This document shows, one piece after another, positions 22,816 to 33,118 of a DNA stretch of 64,000 bases. A program made the position numbers and the translations under genes. The stretch comes from an uncultured Candidatus Entotheonella sp. Lineage in GTDB: Bacteria > Tectomicrobia > Entotheonellia > Entotheonellales > Entotheonellaceae. Position 1 is the stretch's first letter. Each line of letters starts with the position of its first letter. Below the pieces are notes generated by a model that was not told the origin of the DNA, did no database searches, and worked only from the letters and a program-made list of their open reading frames with translations. The stretch spans positions 1 through 64,000 of the forward strand of contig OZ244252.1 in the NCBI GenBank assembly GCA_965217185.1. The letters are read 5' to 3'.

Positions 22816-22951
22816 GGGAGGGGTCATTCCGCCGAATGACCGGCGGCCACGCGGCTTGACGCTGCGTGAATTTCGGGCGCGTTTGGAGCGTGAGGCGAAA
22901 GCATGCCGGCCATTGTTCCGGCCGGTCAAGGTGGTATGTGGTGGAGGAAGC

Positions 22952-23305
22952 ATGACGATGCGTGACATTGCCATCGTCGGCCGCAACAACCGATATGGCT
23001 TGACCCGGGATGCCGAAATCCTGCGCCAAGGGCTTGTGACCATAGGCGTTCAGGTTGCTCTGTTCGACAGGCGAAAGCGGTCATTGATGGACCGCCTGCG
23101 ACGACGGAAGGTGGCCGGTATGGTCGTCTATCTTGAGCGCATTCATCCAGCTTGGTTGGGGGCGAGGAGCCGCTGCGCTCTGATATCGTCGTCGCGCGGG
23201 TGTATCAATAGGACGCTTCCTCCTTATAGAAATTCGATGAATCGGCGAGAGTTGAAGGCTGCAGTGATGTTAAGCGATTCCCAAAATGTCGTTACGTGTC
23301 GATAG
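22952..23305 (+). pseudogene. Probable truncated N-terminus of a glycosyltransferase-like gene
   Basis: GGAGG RBS; IAIVGRNNRYGLTRDAEIL...VYLERI resembles GT N-termini, then turns into non-protein-like sequence. Confidence 0.4.
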
Positions 23306-23326
23306 AAAAGAACTGCAGAGCTAGAA

Positions 23327-24523
23327 ATGAGCAAACCCGAAGAGCCCCTGCGAATTGCCCTTGCTATTCCTCATTTGGGTGGTGGCGGCGCGGAACGTTC
23401 CGTGCTGAGGCTGGCGCGTGGGTTGATTGAACGCGGTCATGCGGTAGATCTCCTTGTGTTCGGAAAAACAGATACGCTTGCAAGCGAGGCTCCCGCCCAG
23501 GCTCGCCAGTTCTCGTTGGAGCAGCAACGGATCAATGAGTTCCGTGATCGCATGCGCATTGTGCGACGCTTCGGTTTCAGAATACTCAGGTTTCTGCGGA
23601 GAGATTTGCTCAGCGACGCCCGCTCCGTGGCTGTCTATATCGACGAAGAACAGCCGGACTGCATCCTCCCTTCGCTCCCCAGAGCTAAATTGGCAACATT
23701 GCTGGCAGTCTGTTTTACCAAGCTGAACCCGGTAATAATTCCGATTATGCACAGCGTTTTGATGAACAGAAGGCGGAGGTTACGAAACCTCTACGCTACC
23801 CTGTTTCCCATTGCAGATCATATTCTTGCCACATCGGATGGCGTTGCCGACAGCGTCGCCCTCAAACTCCATGTCCCTCGCAACAGAATTTCCCGAGTCT
23901 ACAATCCGGTTGCCATCGCAGAAATCGATGAGTTGGCTCGGGCTATTCCCGAGCATCCCTGGATGCTGGACGACGGGTCCCCGATTGTGTTGAGCGCCGG
24001 ACGGCTGACGCGGGTCAAGGATTTTCCCACCTTGCTGCGAGCGTTCCGGCAAGTCTCCCGGAATCGCCAAGTCCGCCTGATTATTCTTGGGGAAGGAAGC
24101 TGGCGACAACGGTTGGAAAACATGATCCGCAAAATGGGCATTGAAGCAATCGTGTCTTTGCCCGGCTGGGTCTCGAATCCCTACGCCTTTATGAGCCGCG
24201 CATCCGTGTTCGTTCTTTCATCCAAGTTTGAAGGCTTAGGCAACGTCTTGATTGAGGCAATGGCATGCGGCTGCCCCTGTGTTAGCACGAACTGCCCCTC
24301 CGGTCCGGCGGAGATTCTCGATGATGGCCGATTCGGACCACTTGTTCCGGTAGGAAACGAATCAGAGCTTGCGGCGGCTATGGAACACGTTCTCGATTCC
24401 CCCCTGAACAAAGACATATTGCTGGCCAGGGCGAAAGCGTTCTCATTTGACGCCTCGGTCGGTCTCTACGAGCGTATTATCGTTGATCTGATAGGCAAAC
24501 GTCGCCATCGGCAGCCGCACTGA
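23327..24523 (+). CDS. GT4 glycosyltransferase
   Basis: GGGAERS, GRLTRVKDF, SSKFEGLGNVLIEAMACG. Confidence 0.92.
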   Translation: MSKPEEPLRIALAIPHLGGGGAERSVLRLARGLIERGHAVDLLVFGKTDTLASEAPAQARQFSLEQQRINEFRDRMRIVRRFGFRILRFLRRDLLSDARSVAVYIDEEQPDCILPSLPRAKLATLLAVCFTKLNPVIIPIMHSVLMNRRRRLRNLYATLFPIADHILATSDGVADSVALKLHVPRNRISRVYNPVAIAEIDELARAIPEHPWMLDDGSPIVLSAGRLTRVKDFPTLLRAFRQVSRNRQVRLIILGEGSWRQRLENMIRKMGIEAIVSLPGWVSNPYAFMSRASVFVLSSKFEGLGNVLIEAMACGCPCVSTNCPSGPAEILDDGRFGPLVPVGNESELAAAMEHVLDSPLNKDILLARAKAFSFDASVGLYERIIVDLIGKRRHRQPH

Positions 24524-24597
24524 ACATACAAGGCGTTATATGTCGACACTGTTCGATGGACAATTGGAAAGACTCGCCATCACGAGGGGACCCAACC

Positions 24598-25392
24598 ATG
24601 AAATCGTTTGTTATCAATCTCGCCAAGGCCGAGGAGCGCCGTCGTCGGATGAAGCAGCAATTCGCGTCATTGGGTCTGGAAGCGACCTTTCACCGCGCCC
24701 TCGACGCTCAAGAGCTCACGCCAGAGCATTATGCCCAAGTTGACAGGGAAACCCGGCGACGGCTGGGCCTGTGGCCCCAGGCCGACGGCTCAATTGCCAA
24801 TTGGATAAGTCAGCGTCAGGTGATGCGGGAAATCGTGGGGAATGGGCCGGAAACTGTGGCGATCTTCGAGGACGACGCTGTATTGTTGGCGGACCTCCCA
24901 GAGGTTCTCGATGCGCTGGAGCGCAGGCCGTTCGCCTTCGACATCGTAAAATTGAATCGCCGATCGCTCAAAAAGACCTTCGTTCCTGTGAGCGTCTTGA
25001 CAACAGGACATCGAGTCGGCCGAGTACGTTATCACGACCATGGCAGTGAAGGTTACGTCATGACGCGCGATGCGGCTCGTTATTTCCTGGAAAACACCCC
25101 TAAGATGATGTGGGAAGTCGACCAGGCGCTCTCTCGTTTCTGGGAAAACGGACTGAATGTGTTTTATCTTGATCCACCTGTCGTTTCTCACGACGCGCGA
25201 AGCGAATCTCAGATCGAACGCGATCGTGAACTTTCACGCCAGAAACAAAAAAAGGCCGATGGTATTATGTATGTGCTCTGGAGGTGTGCATTAAGCGCCT
25301 TGGTGCGGGAGGCGCAGCGACGCTTGGCATTCCGCCGTTTGATGCGTGGAGAAATCGGCGTCACATTGTGGTCGCCGGACTCAGGCACATAA
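24598..25392 (+). CDS. GT25 glycosyltransferase (LPS/LOS biosynthesis)
   Basis: FVINL...RR, SQ..V...IFEDD, GYVMT..AA motifs. Confidence 0.85.
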   Translation: MKSFVINLAKAEERRRRMKQQFASLGLEATFHRALDAQELTPEHYAQVDRETRRRLGLWPQADGSIANWISQRQVMREIVGNGPETVAIFEDDAVLLADLPEVLDALERRPFAFDIVKLNRRSLKKTFVPVSVLTTGHRVGRVRYHDHGSEGYVMTRDAARYFLENTPKMMWEVDQALSRFWENGLNVFYLDPPVVSHDARSESQIERDRELSRQKQKKADGIMYVLWRCALSALVREAQRRLAFRRLMRGEIGVTLWSPDSGT

Positions 25393-25440
25393 GGCTTAAT
25401 GTCCATGTGTCCCGATGCCGCAACGCCAGCAGACCGTGCC

Positions 25441-26346
25441 TTACTCTGGATAAGTGAGTGCAAGACCGGTGGGGAATGAGACAACAGGTTGCCAGCCGAG
25501 GAAGGACTTGGCGCGGCTGTAATCGGCAACTTTGCGGCGTTCCTCAAGCGCACCGCGGGGGTTCGGGTAGACGTGCTTGACTTGGCTGCCGACGAGCCGG
25601 GCGATTTCCAGCACCGAGGTTTCCTCGTCAGAGCCGATGTTCAGGATGGTATTTTGGGAGGCGGGAAGGTCCGCGACGCTGGCAGAAACGGTTGCCCGTA
25701 CAACGTCATCAATGTACGTGTACGACCGCGTTTGCAGGCCGTCGCCATAGATGGTGATCGGCTCGCCAGCGTCCCGTTGCTGTTGAAATCGGGCGACGAC
25801 TAGCGTGTAGGGCCCCTCGCTGGCCTGTCGCGGGCCGTATACGTTGAAGTAGCGCAGGGAAACAATGGTGGTTCCGAACATGCGGGCATACAGGCTGCAG
25901 TATTGCTCACCGATCAGCTTTTGCAGCCCGTAGGGCGACAGCGGATCGGGTGTCATGCCCTCGTGCAGCAGGTGGGTCGCTTGGTTACCGTATACGCTTG
26001 ACGACGAGACGTAAACGAGCCTGGGCACCTCGAACCGGCGTACCGCATCCAGAACGTTCAGGGTGCCGACCACATTGACTTGGTGGGTGCCCAGTGGGTC
26101 CTCAATGGAGCGGGGAACCCGCGCCCACGCCGCCAAGTGCAAGACACAGTCGGCTCCCCGCACGGCACCGTCCACGGCCGACGTGTCGAGGATGGAGCCG
26201 TTGATTAACTGGGCTTGACCGTTCAGGTTGTCGGCAGTCCCCGATGACAGGTCGTCGAGCACGGTCACGTTCTCTCCGCGGGCCACCAAGGCGTCCACGA
26301 CGTGCGAGCCGATGAACCCGCAGCCTCCGGTTACAACACATCTCAT
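25441..26346 (-). CDS. NAD-dependent nucleotide-sugar epimerase/dehydratase
   Basis: VTGGCGFIGSH, SSSSVYG, YGLQK, LRYFNVYGPRQ. Confidence 0.93.
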   Translation of the reverse strand: MRCVVTGGCGFIGSHVVDALVARGENVTVLDDLSSGTADNLNGQAQLINGSILDTSAVDGAVRGADCVLHLAAWARVPRSIEDPLGTHQVNVVGTLNVLDAVRRFEVPRLVYVSSSSVYGNQATHLLHEGMTPDPLSPYGLQKLIGEQYCSLYARMFGTTIVSLRYFNVYGPRQASEGPYTLVVARFQQQRDAGEPITIYGDGLQTRSYTYIDDVVRATVSASVADLPASQNTILNIGSDEETSVLEIARLVGSQVKHVYPNPRGALEERRKVADYSRAKSFLGWQPVVSFPTGLALTYPE

Positions 26347-26380
26347 TGCGAAACACACTCCTACGCGATCTTGCGTCCAT

Positions 26381-26800
26381 CTATGGGTTACAAAGATTGT
26401 TAAAGAGTTGCTCAAATTGGTTCACGGTGTTGTCGATTGAAAAATCTTCGAGCGCTCTTCGTCTGCCATTGGCAGTCAGGCTGTCCCGGACCGCTTTGTC
26501 ATGGTGGACCAGTTCGATGAGCCCGGCCAGTTTCTCAGTATCTCCGTCGTTAAACAAATATCCATCAATGCCGTCTCGGACCAACTTCCCGTTTCCACCG
26601 GCTCTCGTTGCCATAACCGGAACGCCGAGCGCCATCGCTTCAAGGAGGGATTGCGAAAACCCTTCGATGACCGATGGCAGGACAAAGGAATCAAACAAGC
26701 CGTAGTGGGCCAGCGCCGATTCGGCGGTCACGGTGCCCGTGCAAATGCCTTGGTGGTTATCGTTGAGCTTCGACAGAAGGTCTGGGCGTAGGTGGTTTTT
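26381..26800 (-). pseudogene. C-terminal fragment of a GT4 glycosyltransferase (5' boundary approximate)
   Basis: FVLPSVIEGFSQSLLEAMALGVPV present; no N-terminal domain before the adjacent gene. Confidence 0.75.
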
Positions 26801-26865
26801 CTTAATCTCGACGGAATAGCGAGGTTGAGGGCTCTGGGCTGCGGCTTGAATATGCTCTAAGTAGA

Positions 26866-27615
26866 CTATCTGCCGAGCAAAACGCGCTCGGCGTAGCGCA
26901 AACTTTCCGGCGTGTCCACGTCCACCCAGAACGCTTCCCCGATGTCCAATGCCTGGAATTGCCGGTGTGGAATCAGGCGGCGCCAGCCCTCGCTGAGAGA
27001 ACCTTCGCCGGCGGCTCGCGCTTGTTGCAGAGCGTCGAAGACCGTTGGTTGGCAGAAGAAGAGACCGGTATCAACCGCCGTATAGGACTGGAGGTCCTTG
27101 CCGATGGCTGTGATCGTGCCGTCGGTGAGTTGAACCTTGGTGGCGTCGTCGAGACGAAATACCCGCTCGGTGCGGTAATCTACCGCCAGCAGGCATTCGG
27201 CACCTTTGCTGCCGGCACCCACCAGACGCTGCAGGATGGCTGGATCAAAGATATGGTCGCACATGGCCAGGAGGAACGGCCCGCGTATATATGGCTGTGC
27301 TGCTAGCGCCGAGGTGCCGTTGCCCTCCTCCCAGTAGGGATTTTCCACGCCACGTACGACGATGCCAACACGGTCGGCCAGTTCGTCGAGTCGTTCGCCG
27401 ACACTTTCCTTCCCGTAACCGAGCACGACGATGCACTCCCTGACTCCCACGTCACGGCAGGCCAGAACGACGCGCTCCAGCAGGGTGACGCCCAGCAGCG
27501 GTGTCAGCGGTTTCAGGTATCCCCCGGGGCGCAGGCGTTGGCCCTTGCCGGCGGCCAGGATGACGGCCTGCAAACCGCTGCTTTCAGCGTACTGAGAATC
27601 GGCGAGTTGTCGCAT
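26866..27615 (-). CDS. NTP transferase, IPCT/LicC-like cytidylyltransferase
   Basis: AVILAAGKGQRL, KPL, GNGTS, MCDH, VDTGLF, WVDVDTP. Confidence 0.8.
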   Translation of the reverse strand: MRQLADSQYAESSGLQAVILAAGKGQRLRPGGYLKPLTPLLGVTLLERVVLACRDVGVRECIVVLGYGKESVGERLDELADRVGIVVRGVENPYWEEGNGTSALAAQPYIRGPFLLAMCDHIFDPAILQRLVGAGSKGAECLLAVDYRTERVFRLDDATKVQLTDGTITAIGKDLQSYTAVDTGLFFCQPTVFDALQQARAAGEGSLSEGWRRLIPHRQFQALDIGEAFWVDVDTPESLRYAERVLLGR

Positions 27616-27697
27616 GTGTGGCCCCACTTACAAGCGCGTCCTCCAGCGCCGCTACCGGAAAACCGTGTTCTCGGTAGAAACCGACGGTTACCAGCAA

Positions 27698-27892
27698 CTA
27701 GGAATCGGACTCCGACAACTGTTCCTTGAGAACCTGGAACCGAACTTCATTCAGACCAGTGGCGGCCTCGATGACCTCCCAGGTCACTCCGACCTTCAAC
27801 AAGCCTTCTACGATTTCCACCCGACCTTTTATCCGGCCTTTCACTTCGCCTTTGGCCTCCCCTTCGGCCAACAACTCCTGCGCATACGTCAT
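27698..27892 (-). CDS. Internally initiated small Rpn product (RpnS-like), 64 aa
   Basis: AAGGAGG lies 7 nt upstream of the in-frame ATG of MTYAQELLAEG. Confidence 0.6.
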   Translation of the reverse strand: MTYAQELLAEGEAKGEVKGRIKGRVEIVEGLLKVGVTWEVIEAATGLNEVRFQVLKEQLSESDS

Positions 27893-28634
27893 GATCTCGC
27901 CTCCTTGCTCAAGTCCACGGCGTTGCAGCCTTTCCCTGAACCTTTCGATTACCTCACGATCCTGCGTTGCCATCAAGTACACGAAGAACTGACGAAACTC
28001 ATTTGAGTCATCACTGGCGTGCAGCGACAAGACCAGTTGCGCCGTCAGTTGCAGTGCCGCTTCCACGTGACGGTTGAACGCTGCCATCATCAACAACTGG
28101 GGTGATGCGGCCTTTAACGCCGCCGGCGACCGCTTCGGGTTCCAGGGCCGTCTGGTCTACCAGTTCATGTGTAAACCGCGGCACCCACTGCCAGGACCGT
28201 ATAGCTTCAGGGAACAGATCGGCAAATTCGGTTGAGTAGGTCCAACCCCTTGGCCCTTGATAGAACACCACCGGCACGATGGGCCGCAACTCGGATGATT
28301 CCGGGTCATGTCGGCGATCGCTTTCCCAGATGCGGCAACAATACTTCAGGAGTCGGAATCGCATCCAAGGGTCTGGTGACGACTGGTGCTCAAAGAGCAA
28401 ATACATCGAAATTGGTTGTCCCGTCTCGATATGTTCGATCTGGTAAAGCAGGTCGGATTGGCTGCCGCGCATCTCGTCATCGACAAAGCTGCCGTCAAGC
28501 AGAGTTAGGATGGTCCAGTCGAAGTGATCTCGGATCGCACCGGGCAAGGCGGTTTGCAACAGACCGGCTGCTTCGTCGGCATTGGAAAAGACGGCCCGGA
28601 AAATCCTATCATGGGGTTGGTGGATGTCAGCCAT
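27698..28634 (-). pseudogene. Rpn/YhgA-like (Transposase_31, PD-(D/E)XK) gene, frameshifted near 28100
   Basis: HD.IFRAVFS, GSFVD, SDLLY, LFEHQS, PVVFYQG; one extra base in the G4 run at 28099-28102; C-terminal MTYAQELLAEG. Confidence 0.88.
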
Positions 28635-28996
28635 AGTCGAAGCCTTTGTAGGAAACCTTGCAGACAATGATACCGTAACATACATAATCAGTAACCAGCC
28701 GCTTTCCTCTTGTAGCGAGGTCGTTCGGTTTGGCGAATTCTGCCTGTTCATTCATGTGGCTGATCGCTGTTTGCGGTATTCAACTCCTTCCTGTACAAGG
28801 ACATGTAACCTGCCCACGCTAGGGCGTTCAAGTGTGACCGTTCATTTCGATGAATGGAAGGGGCGCCTCCACTTCGGCACCACGCCTGACAGGCCGCCAT
28901 GACCTCAAAACCATTGCCATGATTCTTCCTCAATCGGGTCGTACGACTTGAAAATTACTTATCTCAACGCGCGACTATCCCGCATGGTGTATCACG

Positions 28997-30070
28997 ATGG
29001 CCTCAAACACCGTCCCGTTTAACGGTCTCCTCGCGTTCGACGAATTGCGACGGCTCCTGCTGATCCGTCTAAGCTCGTTTGGCGATATTCTGCTGATGAC
29101 GCCGCTGCTGAACCTGTTGCGCACTACGTGTCCCCAGGCGCAAATCGACGTGCTCGTGAAGGCCGAATACCACGACCTGTTGCGCGCCCATCCAGGCATT
29201 ACCCGTCTGCTGATTTTCGATTCCCGGCAATCCTTGCTGCGCACGTTGCGCAGCCTGCGCGCGGACCGCTATGACCTCGCCCTGGACTTGCACTGCACGC
29301 CGCGCAGCCAGTTGCTTCTGCGAGGTCTGCGCGCGCATCGCAAGCTGACGTATAACAAGCGGGTCCTGCGTCGAGCCCTGCTGGTGCGTCTGGGCTGGAA
29401 CACCTTGCGGCGCATGACGCCGGTGCCCGAACTCTATGCAGCACCCCTGCGGCGGCTGGGCCTTACGGGCCAATTGGGCGCACCGTCGATGCACCTCGAT
29501 GGTGAGAGTATGGAGGCGATGGAGGCCCATATCACCGGCAGCTTGCCCGACGCCCCGAATCAGCCGTTGCTAGCGGTGGCGCCGGGTGCCCGCTGGGCCA
29601 CCAAGCGCTGGCCTGTGGAACGCTTCGCCGCTGTGGCACAGGAATTGGCGCGGGAAAAACAGGCGGCCGTGGTCATCCTGGGCGGCCCGGACGAAGCGCA
29701 ACTGGCCCGCACCCTGTATGACAAGATCGACGTGCCGGTCGTCAACGGTGCCGGCACCCTGTCACTAATGAACAGCGCCGCCCTGCTGAGCCGGTGCCGC
29801 CTGCTTATCAGCAACGATTCCGGCCTCATGCACATGGCCACCGCCCTGCGAGTTCCCGTGGTGGCCATCTTCGGGCCCACCGTGCAGGAGTTCGGTTTCT
29901 ATCCCTTTCAGGCCCGTGCCGAAGTCGTCAGCGAGCCCCTATCCTGCCGCCCGTGCAGCACCAAGGGCTCGCGGTATTGTCCGCGGGGCCATCACGCCTG
30001 CATGCAGGACATCTCAAGCGCCCGCGTGCTGGGCGCGGCCAGAACCATGTGGGAGAGCGGCGCCGCATGA
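28997..30070 (+). CDS. GT9 LPS heptosyltransferase (WaaF-like)
   Basis: IRLSSFGD, APGARWATKRWP, SNDSGLMHMA, IFGPT. Confidence 0.9.
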   Translation: MASNTVPFNGLLAFDELRRLLLIRLSSFGDILLMTPLLNLLRTTCPQAQIDVLVKAEYHDLLRAHPGITRLLIFDSRQSLLRTLRSLRADRYDLALDLHCTPRSQLLLRGLRAHRKLTYNKRVLRRALLVRLGWNTLRRMTPVPELYAAPLRRLGLTGQLGAPSMHLDGESMEAMEAHITGSLPDAPNQPLLAVAPGARWATKRWPVERFAAVAQELAREKQAAVVILGGPDEAQLARTLYDKIDVPVVNGAGTLSLMNSAALLSRCRLLISNDSGLMHMATALRVPVVAIFGPTVQEFGFYPFQARAEVVSEPLSCRPCSTKGSRYCPRGHHACMQDISSARVLGAARTMWESGAA

Positions 30071-31173
30071 TCAGACTACTTTTCGAAATCGGACATTTAT
30101 ATCATCGCGCTGCTATCGACCCGCTTTACCATGCGTTTCGTCAAGACCCACGTTACGACATCGCCTTCGTCTGCCCGAACGACGCCGAGCGCCGCTTTGG
30201 CCTGTTCAACCGCTCGCTCCGTCGGGACCTCGAAGCCCGTTTTCGCGCCGAGGGGCTGACGATTGCCGATGACACCCGCGGCTTCGACGCCGTCATCGTG
30301 GGCGATACGGTGCGCGACCCGAAACGTTATGGCTCCACTCTGTTGTGTTTCGTCAACCATGGTACCGGGATCAAGAACATCCTGTATCGCAGCCTGCGTC
30401 GGCAGCCCCACACCCGTTACCAAATCTTTGTGGAGGGCGATTACCGGGTCGACAAAATTCGGCAGGCGAACGCCTTGGGGGCATCGACGGTGCACAAGGT
30501 CGGCCTGCCGAAGCTCGACCCGCTGTTCGGGCCGGATAAGCCGTCGCGCAGCGATGTTCTGTGCCGCCTTGGCCTTGATCCTGCTAAGCCAACCGTGCTG
30601 TTCGCGCCCACCTACAAGCCGAGTTGCATCGATATCGTCCGCGAGCGCATCCTGTCCGAAACACGGCGGTATAACCTGATCATCAAGCTGCATCAATACA
30701 GTTGGCGCGGCAAATACGCCCCGCATTGGCACCACAGGCTGTACCAACGCGCCGTGAAGGCGTTCCCGCACGCCGTCTTGCTACCGGTGGATGACTACAA
30801 CATCGTGCCCTACCTGCACGCCTCGGATACGCTGATCAGTGAGGCATCGAGTACCCTGTTCGATTTTCTGGCCCTTGACAAAACCGGCATCATCTTCGTG
30901 CTTCCCGACGCCGGCATGCGCCATCACGACGGCGAGCCCCTGCTGGGCGAAACCATGCAGGACTTCCTCACGGGCGCCTTCTTGCACATCACCCGCCCCG
31001 ATGAGATTGGCGACGCCGTAGCCGACGCCTTGCGGGATGACCCGGAGCGCCAGCAGCGTTCCCAGGTTTACCGCAACTACCTGTTCCACGGTCTTGACGG
31101 ACACGCCTCGCAGCGCACCAAGGCGGTGATTGAGCACCTGCTCGACGAGGGCGCCCACGCCAACCTGCCGTGA
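30067..31173 (+). CDS. CDP-glycerol glycerophosphotransferase (TagB/TagF/EpsJ-like) family protein
   Basis: HG.GIK, GLPKLD, LFAPTY, IKLH, SDTLISEASS, DGHASQR. Confidence 0.85.
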   Translation: MIRLLFEIGHLYHRAAIDPLYHAFRQDPRYDIAFVCPNDAERRFGLFNRSLRRDLEARFRAEGLTIADDTRGFDAVIVGDTVRDPKRYGSTLLCFVNHGTGIKNILYRSLRRQPHTRYQIFVEGDYRVDKIRQANALGASTVHKVGLPKLDPLFGPDKPSRSDVLCRLGLDPAKPTVLFAPTYKPSCIDIVRERILSETRRYNLIIKLHQYSWRGKYAPHWHHRLYQRAVKAFPHAVLLPVDDYNIVPYLHASDTLISEASSTLFDFLALDKTGIIFVLPDAGMRHHDGEPLLGETMQDFLTGAFLHITRPDEIGDAVADALRDDPERQQRSQVYRNYLFHGLDGHASQRTKAVIEHLLDEGAHANLP

Positions 31174-31279
31174 TGCCGGCACCCAGTGCCACAAAGCCTG
31201 TAAACGTTGTCCTTACAACGAATTCCAGTACAATTGGGAAGCTGCGAAAAACGATATGTAAGTGGAGACAGACGACACG

Positions 31280-32932
31280 ATGGACGAAAAGACATCAATC
31301 ATTAGCGAGCGAACATCCATCGACTTGGCGGAAACCCTCTCTCGCCTGCACGAGGTGTGGACGTGCTCGGATTTTCAGGCTGCCGCACGGCAGCACGCCC
31401 GCGGTAAACTGACCGTCCAGGAGAAAATCGCCTGCCTGTTCGATGCCGGAACCTTCACGGAAGAGCACGCGCCCAGCCCCGACCTCGATCCGCGGCACGG
31501 CGAGCGCCGCTTGCTTACCGGCTGCGGCGATATGAACGGCCGGCCTGTCGCTGTGGCTATCTTCAACTCTGCCATCGCTGCCGGCGCGGTCACCATCTCC
31601 ACCGGCGACAAGCTCATCAAGCACATGCAGCTCGCCGAGCGACGGCGCTGCCCGCTGCTGATTGATTGGGATTCCGGCGGCGCCGACATCAACGAAGGCG
31701 TGGCCTCGCTCGACATCTTCCGCAAGATTTTCACGCAGATCAACGAGCTCTCCGGCCGCATTCCTATGCTGTCCATCCTGTCCGGGCTGAACGCCGGCGG
31801 CGGCGCCTACGCGCCCGTGATGACCGACACCGTCATCATGATCGACGGCAGTATGATGGCCGTCACCGGGCCGCAGGTCATTCGCGTGGCCACCGGCGAG
31901 GATGTGACGCCGGACGAAATGGGCGGCGCGCAACTGCACAGCGAGCAATCCGGCGAGGCGCATTACCGGGTTGCCACCTATGAGGCGGCGGCGGCCTTGG
32001 CGCGCAAGTGGTTCTCGTACCTGCCGCAGAGCATGTGGTCCCTGCCGCCGCGCGCCGCGTCGTGGGAAAAGCGCGGCGTGCCTACCGACTTGCGGGCCAT
32101 CGTGACGCAAGCGCGGCGCAACGCCCGTCTCAAGCGCAACGCCACCTGGGACGTGCGCACGTTCATCGAAGCGGCGGTCGACGACGACTCGTGGTTTGAA
32201 TACCACGAGAAATTCGCCACCTCGGCGGTCATTGGCTTGGCGCGCATCGCCGGCATCGCGGTTGTGGTTATCGCTAATCAGCGGCAGGTGCTGGGGGGTT
32301 CCATGACGGCGGCCTCGTCGTCCAAGGTCACGCGCATCCTGAAGCTGGCGAACGCCTACCACCTGCCCGTCATCACGCTGGTGGACGTGCCGGGTTTCAT
32401 CGCCACGCAGGCGGAATCGGTGGGCCAGATCCTGTCCAAAGGCGCCGGGCTGCTGATGACCTATCCCAACCTCATGGTGCCGCGCATTTCGGTGGTCATC
32501 GACAAAGCGTTCGGCGGCGCCTATTGTGCGATGGACAGTTACTCCACTTCCGTTCGTTCCAGCCTATCTCGCCACTATGGCTTCACCACCGGACAAATTG
32601 CTGTGCTCGGCAAGGAAGCGGGGCCGTTTTTCACCTACGGTCCGGACGGCGGGGACGCGGCCGTCAGGGAGCAGCATCAGGACCGCTACGAGAATGAGTA
32701 CCTCAACATGAACCGCGCCTATGGGGACAAGGACGAGGACATCCTCGTCGAACCGCTGGAGCCCGAAGCCCTGCGCCCGTGCCTGGTCGCTGAACTGCCG
32801 CCGTTATACGACGCCTACCAAGCGTATTGGCAACGCCTGATTAGCGACCTCGATCGGGTACGCGAGGAATGCCCGGACCTGTTTACCGAACTGCGTCACG
32901 GCGCCCTGCGCGGCCTGATTCATCCCCTGTGA
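31280..32932 (+). CDS. Biotin-dependent acyl-CoA carboxylase, carboxyltransferase (beta) subunit
   Basis: GKLTVQEKI, DSGGA, AGGGAY, TGPQVI...GEDV, VDVPGF, KAFGGAY. Confidence 0.9.
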   Translation: MDEKTSIISERTSIDLAETLSRLHEVWTCSDFQAAARQHARGKLTVQEKIACLFDAGTFTEEHAPSPDLDPRHGERRLLTGCGDMNGRPVAVAIFNSAIAAGAVTISTGDKLIKHMQLAERRRCPLLIDWDSGGADINEGVASLDIFRKIFTQINELSGRIPMLSILSGLNAGGGAYAPVMTDTVIMIDGSMMAVTGPQVIRVATGEDVTPDEMGGAQLHSEQSGEAHYRVATYEAAAALARKWFSYLPQSMWSLPPRAASWEKRGVPTDLRAIVTQARRNARLKRNATWDVRTFIEAAVDDDSWFEYHEKFATSAVIGLARIAGIAVVVIANQRQVLGGSMTAASSSKVTRILKLANAYHLPVITLVDVPGFIATQAESVGQILSKGAGLLMTYPNLMVPRISVVIDKAFGGAYCAMDSYSTSVRSSLSRHYGFTTGQIAVLGKEAGPFFTYGPDGGDAAVREQHQDRYENEYLNMNRAYGDKDEDILVEPLEPEALRPCLVAELPPLYDAYQAYWQRLISDLDRVREECPDLFTELRHGALRGLIHPL

Positions 32933-32973
32933 GGCTTGCACGCTACTGGAGAATTTCCGTATCGGACAGTGTA

Positions 32974-33011
32974 GTGGAATGTCGGATTACGCTTCGCTAA
33001 TCCGACCTACA
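32974..33011 (-). repeat. REP-like repeat copy 3, nested in an 11-bp inverted repeat (32953-32963 / 33016-33026)
   Basis: GTGGAATGTCGGATTACGCTTCGCTAATCCGACCTACA flanked by ATTTCCGTATC ... GATACGGAAAT. Confidence 0.9.
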
Positions 33012-33118
33012 TCTTGATACGGAAATGTTCTGGAAAGTAACGCTCTCTTTTCCGGCCTCGTTTTCCTGTTATACCGTGGCTCTCCGACTATTCCGGAGCC
33101 GTCTCACCAGCGAGGAGA

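Noticed and set aside
28748..28933. 61-aa minus-strand ORF upstream of rpn
   Set aside because: No convincing motif or RBS; cannot be supported
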